Source: Epiperipatus broadwayi
Taxonomy: Eukaryota; Animalia; Onychophora
NCBI GenBank assembly: GCA_028023455.1
Contig: JAQFVV010000002.1
Coordinates: 2,418,001 to 2,482,000, forward strand
Reading direction: 5' to 3'
Length of the DNA: 64,000 nucleotides
Shown: positions 1 through 12,689 of the stretch, in pieces
Numbering within the stretch: position 1 is the first letter of the stretch
Layout of the letters: every line of letters begins with the position of its first letter
Position numbers and translations under genes: made by a program
The notes under the pieces: generated by a model
Database searches by the model: none
The model's input: the letters and a program-made list of their open reading frames with translations, nothing else
What the model was told of the DNA's origin: nothing

Positions 1-1394
1 AAATATTTGATAGTAAACTTTGCTCTAGTGAACAACTAAAAAATTCCCTGATAATTACTACAGTGCCCATCTTCTGAATTTTTAAAAAATTAAATAATGA
101 AAGCAATCTTTAAAATGAATTGGCAAAAATTCACAAAACCATATATTTCTAAAAACTTCTAACATTTTTTTTTAAACTAAAATTTTACTCCCATATGTTA
201 GAACTTCTATGGGTATCTCATCAAAACCTACAGCCTTTATATTTTTAAGATTTCAAATATTTATTTTAATTTCACTAAACTAGATATCCTCTTATCTAAA
301 TTTGAGTAAATAAAATAGATATGTCATTAAAAGTCACTATTTCAATTCAAAAGAGAATCAAAATATCCTTCCTTTTGTTTGAAATATCACTGTCATCATA
401 AAAAAGAGTGGCATTGATGAATTTAGTAGGATTATAATGTCATTTTTTACCATTATATATTACTTTCAATATATCAAAAATAAGTAAGTCCACAATCAGT
501 AAATATTTGTAATACCTTTATATTTTTAACATTTTTTTAAGTCTTTATGTAAGTATCTGGATTTCTATATTTAAATCTTTAAATTAGATTCGAAGCATCT
601 CATTCAATTTATTATTCAGACAAATAAGAAATACTATGTGTTTTTCCTTAATCCCATTTCTGATTACTGATAATTTGATTTCAACTGAATTATCAAAATA
701 TTAAAAAAAATAAGAAAAAGAATTCCTACTTTTAGAAAAATCATCATCATCACTGGAAAATATTTGTCATTTTTTCTAACTATACTTTGCTTTCAGAGAT
801 TTTCTTTATATTTTCCTCTTCTGTTTTATTTTTTAACTCTTAATTAAATACAGGTGGATGGACGTTTGATTTTTAGGTATTTTACATCTCATTTTAACTT
901 AAAATAATCATTACATTTAAAATAATCTTGTAAAACTGCTATGCACATATTTGAGAGGAATCAAATACAATAAGCAATATCTAAAATATGTATGTGATAA
1001 TGCATGACACATTATTAATTTTAAATTCCTTCTCTTCATAATGTAGGCCAAATGGTTGGATGTTTAATCTGCAATTGGATTGTTTAGGTGTTTATATTCA
1101 TGCTCACCAATCTTTTTTAATTATAGTATCTAAATCAATGTCGAGATTTCTTGTAAGAAAAATATTTTAAAGCCAGTTTTTTAAATTCACATCATAATTT
1201 AGTATTGTTAATAAATTAAATACTTTTCTATTTTTTGAATCTTTTCTGATAATTATACATCAGTCACAAATGATTCTTCAAGATTTTGATCCGATTTGAA
1301 AATCATCTTCTATATCTAAAAAAGCTCTTTTTATATAAGAAGGTAATATGTATTGATTAATTTACAATCTAATTTTGATTATGAATGGTATAAA

Positions 1395-1473
1395 GTGTTG
1401 GTGGTCGAGAGGTCAGCACAGCTGCCTTACAAGCAGTTGTCCCAGGTTAGCGGGTTCGCTTCCTGGCTGATGC
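1395..1473 (+). pseudogene. tRNA-Gly(TCC)-derived pseudogene or SINE head, with anticodon position reading TAC
   Basis: GTGTTGGTGGTCGAGAGGTCAGCACAGCTGCCTTACAAGCAGTTGTCCCAGGTT[AGCGGGTT]CGCTTCCTGGCTGATGC aligns to the canonical animal tRNA-Gly(TCC) body (GCGTTGGTGG...AGCTGCCTTCCAAGCAGTTGACCCGGGTTCGATTCCCGGCCAACGC). It has an ~8 nt insertion in the T-loop. Confidence 0.7.
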
Positions 1474-1499
1474 TATGACACATAGAAAAAAAGTGATAA

Positions 1500-2930
1500 A
1501 TAATAGTTTCATACTTTTTAAACTTTGCATTCTTTGATACAGAAATATAAATTAATTGTATCTAGTATAAGTGAGTTTGATCATTTATTAAGAATTTGTC
1601 AATTTATATGATTGTATTTGAAGTTCACTTTTTTCTTTTTGGGGCTTTTGTAATTTTTCTCTTTTCTATATTTATTCAATCTTTATTATATCTTTTTTTG
1701 TTACAATATGTTCATTAATATATTTAACAATCTAACAAAAAATTATGTTCTTATCGTATAAACTCATTTTACTTTTTAATATTTGGTTACATGTTGTCAT
1801 AATGCTTTTTTATCTTTCTTTATTGCTCTTAGAGAAATTAACTATTCAATTTTTTAAAAGAACTTTATAAAGTATAATTTTAATAATTTTGCCTTTTTGT
1901 TGTTTATTTTTTTCCGTTTTACTATTATTACTGTATTTTTTAATATCCATCTCTTTTTTGTTTTCTTTAACTTATTTAACATTTTTAATATCTATATTTA
2001 ATTTTCAATTCTTAATTAATATTGTTAATTATTAGTTATATTTCTTGCTGAAAATTCATCTACATGTTATCCTTAAAAGGAATATATTTGTTCTATAAAG
2101 TATAATTAGTAGATAAGCTTATGCATTTTTAATGCCATTTAATTTCATATAAAATTATTATGTAATCTGTTTCACAATATGGTCTTATCATGTTTTTTTA
2201 TAGTAAAATCAATGTAGACTATTAAAAGTGCCAAATTCCATTTTAAGATCGGTATGTAAAATACACTAATAATTAAACATTATTGCAAAAACTTACTAAT
2301 CATATTGTTCAATGTATTTCCTTTTTTTTGTTTTTAAATTTTTTATATGTAATTCTCTGATCATTAGAATTATATAGATCCGGTAATTTTCTATTTTGTT
2401 TTTAATCACATCTTGCTGTGATTATGGATTTAATGTTAATTTTGATTGTCATCTATAAAATTAAATTGAATTTAATCTGTTATTCACTTGATCATATCTA
2501 AAAGTATTTTTTGCATTATTCTTGCTAACAGTAAAATCTGTATTATTTTTTTATTGTTTATATCTTAGTAATTAGAGAATATAATTTTTAAAATTAAAAT
2601 CTTTACCAATCTACATTACTAACACCTAACACCTAAAATATCAACACATAAGCTTAATTTACATCAATTTCTTTATTGTATTAGAGCTATTTCCCTTTTT
2701 AATGGTGATTTTTTTTCTTGTATCTTTATCTTTATTTTTATATAGATCATCATTACTGATATATACATTTAGCTTTTCTTCTATAGTATTTTCAATGATT
2801 TCTGAAATAAAAACTCATTATTCATGCACAATTTCATCACTTTGTATTTTCAGTCTATTAAAACATTTTCAAAATACTGTATAGAAATAATTTACAATTT
2901 GTTCTTTCTTCACTATTAAAAATAATATTT
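1500..2930 (-). mobile_element. Highly decayed LINE (RTE-like) reverse-transcriptase remnant
   Basis: The minus strand shows scattered RT-like fragments (for example NYRIYIILM, resembling NYRPISLL) in purine-rich, stop-ridden sequence. Boundaries are uncertain. Confidence 0.3.
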
Positions 2931-3056
2931 TATTATTGGGAATGTTATTGTTTAAATGTGTCAACTGTGTTTGAAAGACGATGGAAATTGTCTGGGCTAT
3001 AGTTAACTCTTAGCAAAATCATCCTGTATTATTATTTAATAATATAAATATTAGTA

Positions 3057-3109
3057 CTAAACAGGCAAAACTCTCCATACAATAGTAGTAAGAAATGGTG
3101 ATCATGTGA
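3057..3109 (-). mobile_element. Short copy of TSD-flanked retroposon family A
   Basis: Reverse complement of both terminal blocks of the 4458, 31840 and 36001 copies. Flanked by a 12 bp direct repeat taaatattagta (3045-3056 and 3110-3121). Confidence 0.75.
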
Positions 3110-4133
3110 TAAATATTAGTAATAAAACATTTTAAAAATAAGCAAAACAAATATCCTTATAAAATTTAAGAGGATGAAATTCTATTAGATTTCAGTGTAA
3201 AAATAGAAATATAATCATGGCATAAAAAAGAATCTGAAAATAAAACTTTGATTTAATAAACTTATCATATGTACTTATCAGACTATAAAAAAATCACCCT
3301 TTCAAAATTTATGATATAAACATAATGATAATGTTATAAATGTAAAAACCTAATTTTGGTAAAGATGATAGAACAGTATAATTTTAAATGATAGTCAATC
3401 ATCCGCATAACTTAAATTACATTCAGGTGAGTAACTGCCATTATTAAACTTATAACTAAGACACACTTAATATTCTCAATTTCTAAATTCAGTTAATAAA
3501 CATCAGACTTATCCCATTCATGAAATTCTATATGAAATAATTTAGTTTTGTTATAATAAATTTCAAAGAAAAATGATTTAGAACTTCAACTATATTACCC
3601 CTATATTATTCCTAAACATAAGAATTATAATAAGTTTTTGTATGCCATCATATTCTTTTATAATGTCAGCAAAGGTTTTTTATATATTCAGTTGGCTTAA
3701 AAAGTCATCAGTGCTTAGCATCAAAATAGAAGACAGAGTACAATAGTCAAAAAATGACTGACAAATTTATAATTCAAAAGCATAATATGCTTTTTAATGG
3801 TTTAACTGCTCAAATTGATTTTAAAATGTATTTGGACAGCTATTTTTAAGAATAAAATGCAAATAATAATAAATCAGGATTTATTTTTTAATAGTGAATT
3901 AAGAATGATTTCTTGATTTATTATCATTTGCATTTAGAATTATTTGAACCACTAAATATATGTAATACATTTTGCTTAATGAACAGTAAAAGAACCATTT
4001 CATAATAAAAAAATATAATAGTGGTTTATTACAATTATATAATTTATATCATTTTAGTAAAATTTTTTATAAAAGATAAAACAAATACTAAGTTAATCTC
4101 ATGATCGTTTGTATTGTTTTATTTAAATTTTAG

Positions 4134-4309
4134 ATCCAACAAATAGAGAGGCTTTGGAAGCGATCGAACATTGTATTTTTGTTTTATGTCTTGATGATCC
4201 TGTTCCAGAGGGTGAAGAAAGAAGTGATGTATCACAAATGTTACAGATGCTACATGGTGGTGGTTGTAATTTTAACAGCATGAATAGATGGTTCGACAAA
4301 ACAATGCAG
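4134..4309 (+). CDS. ChAT: Internal exon of choline/carnitine O-acyltransferase, most likely choline O-acetyltransferase (carnitine acetyltransferase not excluded)
   Basis: Acceptor atttaaattttag|AT at 4133/4134 and donor ATGCAG|gtatta at 4309/4310. Translation (D)PTNREALEAIEHCIFVLCLDDPVPEGEERSDVSQMLQMLHGGGCNFNSMNRWFDKTMQ matches the family motifs LCLD...HGGG...NRW(F/Y)DK(T/S)xQ. The open frame runs between the two splice sites. Confidence 0.75.
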
Positions 4310-4457
4310 GTATTAAATATATATTATATTTTTATAAAATAAAGTACACTTTTTTTTTAAAAAAGAAACTTTTGTTAAAGTAATATTAATGTAGCAGTGT
4401 GATAAATAGAACACTACATTGTTTATTTTAGTAAGACTATCATAATATTAATTATAA

Positions 4458-4666
4458 AACTACTAAACATCACATGATCACCATTTCTTATGCTTGCTCA
4501 TAACTGTTATTAAAACAAATAAAACTCTCCATACAGTAGTGCCACTCAGTGCAAGCCAGAGTAATCAGTGTACTAGATTGGGATTTTATGCACAAGCTTT
4601 CAGGCATCTATTGATTACTCTGGCTTGCACTGAGTGGCACTACTATATAGAGAGTTTTGCCTGTTT
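4458..4666 (+). mobile_element. Family A copy with fold-back (59 bp inverted arms)
   Basis: Arms 4509-4567 and 4612-4670 are inverted around a 44 bp spacer. 15 bp TSD taatattaattataa (4443-4457 and 4667-4681). Ends are homologous to the other family A copies. Confidence 0.8.
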
Positions 4667-5619
4667 TAATATTAATTATAACTTGCCTAAATTAGAAGAA
4701 ACTACGTAACAGATATTTCACTATTTTTTAAGCAAAAATATAAGGGTGTGTAATAATTAATAATTAAGCTTAAGGAATATATTTTCAGTTTATAAATACA
4801 CTATTTGTTCATATTTTATTATATAACATCTACTAGTATAAAAAAAAAACATTAGACCAATCTCTCATACTATACAAGTATTTTTCCAACAATCTTTATT
4901 TATCAGATAAGCTAGAGTTAAAATATCCTAGATTTTTTTATCATTATTAAGGATCTGTCATCTAATAATGTTGATTTTAACATCTAATGGTGTTCAATTA
5001 AATATACATTAGAACATAGGCACTTAAATATATAATTTTCATTTCCAGTTTAATTTTGAATATAATAATTATCTCTGAAAAGAATACTCACATCATAAAT
5101 GCATTAAAGTTATATTTAATGTTTTCAATATTTTCTATATGTAGAAGAATTATTGGTATTAATTTTATATATATTAAATATGATTCATAAATAATTCTAC
5201 TGTATGGACTCTTCAATATAATACCAACATACATTTCATATAACTGGAGATATTTTAATTGACAGAGTGAGAAATTTGAAAAATGTATTAATTAGTAGTT
5301 ATGAAGTAAAACATATTCAATCAATTTGAATTTCAATTTTGTAAGTGCTCATGCATGCATTCTTTTATGTCACTATTTGTTCATCCACAATTTGAGAATA
5401 ATTTTTATTCATTTTGTAAAACGCTATGAAACAGAAATTATATACCACAAAAAATATTGATTGTTATACGTGTATCTTGAAATATCTTATTGATTGAAGA
5501 AATTTATAAGATGTGTTTTATTATAGATACACATATATGTGAATATCTATGTATAATATTTTAACATAATTTATTTACAGTGAATATAGAAATTTATAAA
5601 AATATACAGTCTTATTTAC

Positions 5620-5770
5620 ATAATGTTTGATGAAAATTAACTAACTACATACAGGACATATCTGCATCCCAAAGAACTATTGAAATCACACCCAACATGG
5701 TAAGTAATTCAGGTTCTATTGAAGCAGCTAATGATGTCAGTTTGATTGACAGAAAATGCAATTTTCAAGG
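5620..5770 (+). mobile_element. Possible Penelope-like element 3' remnant with degenerate hammerhead motif
   Basis: Frame-shifted FDEN*LTTYRTYL / QRTIEITPNMVSNSG resembles the GIY-YIG C-terminal EAIEI..PN motif. It is followed by CTAATGA-tgtca-gtttgat-tgaca-GAAA (5728-5755), a hammerhead core with one mismatch and a perfect 5 bp stem II. Confidence 0.35.
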
Positions 5771-5880
5771 AATTAATTGATGTTCCATCAAATGTCATTT
5801 ATAGATGACCATAACTGTAAAAATTTTTATAGAGAGCATAAATAGATTATATATTTGTGTGAAGTTTAATATATATATAT

Positions 5881-6830
5881 GGAAATATCTGTCATATTTT
5901 TCATTTTAAAAAAATCACTGTTAGATGATAATAAGACAGTGACCAATAAAAATAGTAAACAGTAAATGTTTTTGCATTCAAAAGAGGAACCCTCTTCTGA
6001 ATGCAATCTCTTAATTCTCATAAAAAGACTAAAGTACTATAATAAATATATATATGTTTAGGGATACAAAGAGTATAACTTTTCATATTTCTCCCATTTT
6101 CTTTAATTACAAGGATGTAAAGATTATGACGTAAAAAAGACATAAGAAAAAACAGGAGAAGATAATAAATGAAAATACATCTCTTTCTCTGGGTTTGATG
6201 ATAAAAGAAAAGGAATAAAGTTTTTTTTACCTTCTATAAAAGAGGACAAAATAGAGTACATATATGCATTTTTATAATGGTAGAAGGTATATATCATATA
6301 AAGGAATGTATATATGCCTAAATTATATTTGTTATTCTTTAATTTTATTGAGCTTACATTATTTTGCACATTCCTTTATATGATATATACCTGCTATCAT
6401 TATAAAAATCCATATATGTATTCTATTTTGTCCACTTTTATAGAAGGAAAAAATAAAAAAAATTAAAAAAAAAAATTTATTCTTTTTCTTTTATCATTTT
6501 CATTTATTATCTTCTTGTTTTTTTTATATGTCTCTTTAATCTCGTAATCTTTATATCCTTGTAATTAAAGAAAATGGGAGAAGTATGAAAAGTTATGTGC
6601 TTTGTATCCCTAAACATATATATTTATTATAGCACTTAGTCTCTTTATAAGAATTAAGAGATTGCATTTAGAAGAGAGTTCCTCTTTGGAATGCAAAAAG
6701 CATTTACAGTTTACTATTTTCATTGGTCACTGTCTTATTATCATCTAACAGTGATTTTTATAAAATGAAAAATATAACAGATATTTCCACATTTTAAAAA
6801 TATTTCAACAATAACATCTGTTAAAAATTA
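5881..6830. repeat. Large inverted repeat (fold-back insertion), arms ~430 bp
   Basis: 5881-6310 is the diverged reverse complement of 6368-6788, with a ~55 bp spacer and an extra 42 nt at right. Probable 15 bp TSD with one mismatch (ttaatatatatatat 5866-5880; ttaatttatatatat 6831-6845). Confidence 0.85.
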
Positions 6831-6989
6831 TTAATTTATATATATTGTAATGGCCAGACTAAGCATGTTTCAATTATTTACACTTTACATAATTTACATA
6901 GATGCCACCTGGCAGTAATCATCAGAAAACAGATGGGCACATACATATATTTAAAAATATATTTTTTTACTGGAATAATGATGATCAGC

Positions 6990-8790
6990 ACACAGCCCTA
7001 TTTCCAATATCTGGCTAGTTTCTTGAAGAACATAAGTTACTCCTAAATATGCATACTAGATAATATCATAAAAAGGTTAACATTTGATAAAAACAACAGC
7101 TAAATTACAAAATAAAATTGTCAGTCAAAATATAACTTTCTCAGTTGAAAACTACATTACAAATGGTCATATATCAATTAAAAACTTCATGAGAAGATCT
7201 AATTTTTTCATTCCTATGAGAGGTATACCTCAGGGCTCATCCTTAGCCACTCTCCTCTTTGCTATTTATGTTAACTCCCTTGTTTGAGAGATTGAGAATC
7301 ATGGTCTTTTTCTCCCACATCTGGGTATATATGTAACTGTAACCGCATTTATTGATGATATTATTATAATATTTCAGGACAGTTATAATATCCAGCTTGT
7401 AATGAATATCTGAAGCATTTAAGTCTGAAACCAGATTCACTATTTAGCCACTTAAGTCAGCAGCATGGCAATTGGCCTCAGTTAAGAAAATGCCATTTAT
7501 CTTTGCAGTTTCCCATTCTATCTTCCTGGGTATAGCATTATATTTGTCCAAAACAAAGCTGAATACATATTTGAATAAACTAATTATTAAAAAAATTGAA
7601 GCTAAAATACTTACCTTCTCGTTGATTAAACTATATGAAATTGCAAGGGCCTTGATTTTTAATGCTATCATATCAGGGATCCTGGCCTATTATGCCCCCC
7701 TGAAACACTATATAACACAACAATCCTTAGAATAAACAAAATTGCAAGGAAATATATTTGGGCTGGCACATTAAGATGGGTTTCGATTGCAACCATGCAG
7801 TTACCTATAAATAAGGGAGGGTTTAACCTGATAAATCCAGCACTTTATGTATCTTATATTAAGATGAGAACATATATTAATGTACTTAAAAGTCATTGCT
7901 TTAGCCCTCCCATTAACCATATACACACTATTAAGGACATTGCCACACAGGGTACTTCATTTGTTGCTGACATGACAATTACTTACAGGGATTTGCAGGA
8001 TGATCTTAATGTGCCCACCCTTGAAGGAATTAAATATAAAAATGTAATAAATCAACTTAAGTATCATGATATTCCTTGGATAGACATTTTAAAAAAGAGA
8101 GTACTGAAGAACTTCCACTCATTATACATGCCCCTGGCTTATATGAAATTCATTTTTAAACTAATGAATAGTTGGTTTTTAACAACTACAGTACTAAACC
8201 AAAAACTGCATATGAATTTGGACTCAACCTGTTTTCTATGCAAGACCGGTGAAGACATATTCCAGCATTTATTCAAGGATTGCTTAGCATTTAGGCAAAT
8301 AAAATCATGATTGTTTCACAAGCCATTTATAAATCTAAAAAACCTATTTAGGCAATATATTGTTAAATTCAACCCCTTTAATGCAATGGTAACAGTATAT
8401 ACCCTGAAAACCATTTGGATAATATGATGCAATTTGATCTTTGATAACAAGAAGTTAAACTGGCTAAAAAAAACTTGATAGTGACTGGGAAACATATTAT
8501 AACCAATCCCTGAGACTTTTGCCTAGAAAAACCATGGAAACCATTTAAGGAGGATCCGGTATAATAATCTGTCAAATTATGAGATAGGGTTGTTGCCCTT
8601 CGTAATGTTGGGCATTTACCTTGATCAACCATCTGAACTTTTGGAACTGAACTCCTTATTGCTGTTTTAATAGTGTAATGGACAATTGACACCTGTATTA
8701 TTACTTGTATATAATGTACATAGATGTTGTGTCTTTCTGTGTTTTATTCCTTCTTTGTGCGTTAATACATATTTTTTTATATATAAAAAA
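6990..8790 (+). mobile_element. 5'-truncated L1/Tx1-clade LINE (RT C-terminal half and CCHC finger), disrupted
   Basis: ORF 7084-7287 contains RGIPQGSSLATLLFAIYVN followed by AFIDD. ORF 7795-8310 begins LPINKGGFNL and ends CFLCKTGEDIFQHLFKDC (CX2CX8HX4C-type finger). Stops and frameshifts lie between them. Confidence 0.85.
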
Positions 8791-8987
8791 ATATATATAA
8801 CTTTCTCTATTTTTTTTCTTTATAAACCATTTCTACATACTTTTATATTATTGTTTTAGTTCATATAAACTAAGGAAAACAATAATTATTTATAAAGTAT
8901 CCAAGATTTTTTTAATTTTAAACATTAATCTTTATTACATTTATAATCACAGTTTTATAATTGAGTACATTTGCTGTATAAGCAACT

Positions 8988-9652
8988 TCTCATCATCAAC
9001 CATTATCAGTCCACTGCAGGATGAAGGTCTCTCCAAGTTCAAACCATCTCTGATATTTAGCTTCTCTTCTCCACATCACTCCTGCACACTTTCTTATTTC
9101 ATCCCTCCATCTCACATGTGGTCTCTTTCTGGGTCTTTTACAATCTCTTGGAATCCAGTTTAAGATTTCAATTGTCCATTTATTATCATCTCTTCTAGCA
9201 ATATGTCTTTTAATTTTTTCAATGAGGTAAATAACACCTGTTTGTTCTCTCACCCATATATTGCGTTTTCGATCTCTTCTTATTATGCCTGATGTGCATC
9301 TCTCCATACTTCTCTGAATGGTCTGAAGTCTCTGTATTGCTCTTCTATTAAGTGTCCAAGTATCAGATCCATAAGTAAGAACTGGTAAAACACATTTATT
9401 AAAAACCTTTCTTTTCAAGCACATAGGCATATTTTCTTTTAGTATCAAATTATTTCTACCAAAAGCACTTCAACTACGTTTAATTCTATGATTAATTTCA
9501 TCCATTATGTTTTTATCTGTATTAATAATCTGACCAAGATATTTATAGCTGTTAACTTCTTCTAACTCATCATAATCAATCTTTATTTTCATATTTTGAG
9601 AAAATCCATTGAACATTACTTTAGTCTTTTTAACATTTTTCTTTAGTCCATT
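8988..9652 (-). mobile_element. 5'-truncated RTE-clade LINE with (GAT)n tail
   Basis: ORF 8996-9448: KVFNKCVLPVLTYGSDTW...RWRDEIRKCAG...GETFILQWTDNG. Upstream are GLK.N.KKTKVM and YKYLG motifs. The 3' end is ...gataatggttgatgatgag. Confidence 0.9.
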
Positions 9653-10304
9653 ATTATTTTTTTTTTGATTTAACTGACAATTTCAAAGCAGAAAAAAAAA
9701 GTTTAGTTAACAAATATTTTAAAGAAATTAAAACAAATTTTGATTTCAAAACACAACTAGAATATTTAACCCAAATGCTGCATTTTTTAAAGCAACACAT
9801 TCATTTCATAAAGTTTGTTTGGATTAAGATACTAAAATAAACTTAAAATAGTTAGCACAAATTTGGTTAGAAATAAATATATTAAAATAAACTTAAAATA
9901 TGTTAGGATAAGTTTTAAGCAGTTTTTTTTAAAAAAAAATAAAACATACAAAGCCCAAGTTTTATAATTTGATTTCTTCTTTTGGCAAATATTAATCAAT
10001 TCATTTTTAAGTAGCATAATGTCATATTCCTGATATCCAGAGTAGATTGACATCTGGCAGTTTTTCCTTTTTCATTCACTCAGTATAAGAAAGGTCCAAT
10101 GTTGCTTAAATAAAGTTAGAATCCAGAATGACCACTATAAAAAAATTTGACTCTAGAGGAGTTTCACTTTTTCCCGTTCTTGAACACCCAAGCAGTTTTA
10201 TAACACTTTTGAACTTGTTTTTGTTTTAAACACCTTTTTATTTTAATTATAAAATTTTTGAAAATACTTTAATTCGTTAATTTGCAAAACACTTTAATTA
10301 TGTG

Positions 10305-10530
10305 TTTTTCCGAAAGTTTGTGATGATGGTGTTCTAGCTGTATTTTTATATTGGACTATTTCCATAACCTGTTTGCTGTGATATTAGTAACAGTTAGTGC
10401 ATATATTAACCTGTTTGCTGTGATATTACTAACAGTTGAATGCATTTGGAATATGTAAATAAAATTAAACTTTTCTAAAGACATTCAACACACATATTAG
10501 ATGATGGAAATAGTCCAATATAAAAATAGA
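10305..10530. mobile_element. Small fold-back insertion with TSD
   Basis: 14 bp TSD actttaattatgtg (10291-10304 and 10531-10544). 25 bp inverted arms at 10341-10365 and 10504-10528. 36 nt unique left segment. Internal ~30 bp direct repeat taacctgtttgctgtgatatta(g/c)taacagtt, twice. Confidence 0.75.
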
Positions 10531-11650
10531 ACTTTAATTATGTGACTATTTTTATTGTTTTCCAATTTCTTATTTAAACACACTTAACCTTTTTTTTGTA
10601 ATTTTTAATTGAGTTGTTTTGCAATTCATTCTTTTATAAAGATAATTTTTTTAAATATATTTTATCAGCTTCTCCTAAATTTATATATAACAACTATTGC
10701 AACTTCTACATTATTTAATATGACAATTTATAATTTATTTGAAAATACTTTCAATATTTTATTTTAACCAATTTGTTCTATATAATAAACATTTTTTTAA
10801 ACTTTTTAAACTTTTGAATGTTATTTTTATTATCATCCTCACAACTAAATAAAAACTCAATCACGTGGAAGACCTCATTGCCAACACTGAAATGAATAAC
10901 ACATTATTCATTTCAATATACATATAAACTTTGAAGTAAAATAGATTTTCAAACTTTTTTAGTCACCTAAAAAGTTTTCAATGTTTTCATTTTAATAATT
11001 GAAATAAAATCAATCAAAAGAATTCATGGTATTAATTATTTAATTAAAATTCCAACTATCATTTTAGTGAATAATTTTGGAGCATTGTTTCAGGGTGTAA
11101 TTTGATTTAGAAATTAACGATACCTCTTTATATATTTTATTTCCACTTGTGCATTTCCTTATATGCAACATTAATATTGTCATGATCAAATAGATGTTCA
11201 ATTTCTCTTTCAGGATTAACAAAATTGAATTGCAATTACAATCTGTTTTTGGAGAATTACATTTGTAGAGGTATTTTATTGTATTACCATAACTCCAAAA
11301 ATTTACAACAATAGATTTTAAAATAAGATTTACTTTTCTCTTTTAATTATAAATGAGCCTATTCAAATTAATTAGAGACTAAAAACTATAATTAAACTTA
11401 TTATTGCAAATACTTAATAATTGTTGAGTTGAATTAATATAAGACATATATATATATTCATGTTTAATAATAATAATTATTATTATTATTAAAGGAGAAT
11501 AACGTGTTTCATTTTTCTCTTTAAACACTAACTGGATTTTTGTTAAATAGCTTCTCGTTATTATTATTAATCAAGGATTAATGTGCGTATATATATTTTT
11601 AAATCAGTTAAATCAAAATGTGTTTTTAATGTTTTTATGATTTTCTATTA

Positions 11651-12600
11651 AAATAATTGATAATTGAAAACTGTAAAACTTACTGACATCAAAGTGATAT
11701 AATACACACAGCTTTTTATTCTTGGTGGATTTTCAGTTTTGAAAGTTATTGTTCTTAATTTCCTTTCTTCGTGTGATCAAATGTTTTCAAAGTTGTTTTA
11801 CCTTGGAGTATATAATATCTCGGAGTATACAATATATATATTATCCTAACCGATTACTACATCTTTAATTTGTAGTTTGAATAATTACTTTTATAGACAT
11901 ATTGGAAAGCAACATAATTTTACTGTTATCAGAATAATATAAATTTATAAAACTTTAATTAAGGATTAAGAAATAACTGATGATTGAAAACTGCATAAAC
12001 TTTTTGACGTCAACGTAATATAATGTGTACAGATTTTTATTCTTAATGGACTTTGAGTTTTGCAAGTTATTTTTAAAGAATACTTTTAAAGGAAAAAAAA
12101 GTTTATTATTTTCTTACTGGGAAAAGATTAACTAGATTTGTGTTAAGAGTATTATAAGAATTTTGATTGGTGTCAATTAACAATTTAATATATTTAATGA
12201 CATGATCGTTGATATCTTATATGTGTGAATAAATACTATTAATATTTTTAAATTACTTAAGCCAAAATATGCTGTTGTTTTTTTTAAGATTTTCTATTGT
12301 CTAGAAATAACTGATGATTAAAAACTGCATAAACTTTTTGACATCAAAGTAATATAATGTGTACAGATTTTTATTCTTAATGGACTTTGAGTTTGGAAGT
12401 TATTGTTCTTACTTCCTTGTTGATTTCTTATCTTCATTGCAAGTCAAGGAATGACAATATTTTTAAACAATACTTTTAAAGGGGCAAAAAGTATATTATT
12501 TTCTTACTGGAAAAAGACTAGATTTGCGTTAAAAAGAATTGTAAAAATTTTGATTGGAGTCAATTAACTATTTAATATATATAATGACACGATCGTATTA
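11651..12600 (+). repeat. Three diverged tandem copies of a ~320-335 bp unit directly upstream of the CR1-like ORF1
   Basis: The unit start aaataa(t/c)tgat(a/g)att(g/a)aaaactg recurs at 11651, 11971 and 12305. Copies 2 and 3 align over nearly their full length. Confidence 0.8.
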
Positions 12601-12689
12601 ATGTATAAATACTATTATCATTTTTTTCTTCCAAGCTTTTTTTTTATCATCATTGTCTTATATACATTGCTTAATATTTTCATTTTTAC

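Noticed and set aside
3390-3432. gtgagt donor as a possible upstream ChAT exon
   Set aside because: The required phase-1 frame contains a stop and shows no similarity to the expected preceding peptide.
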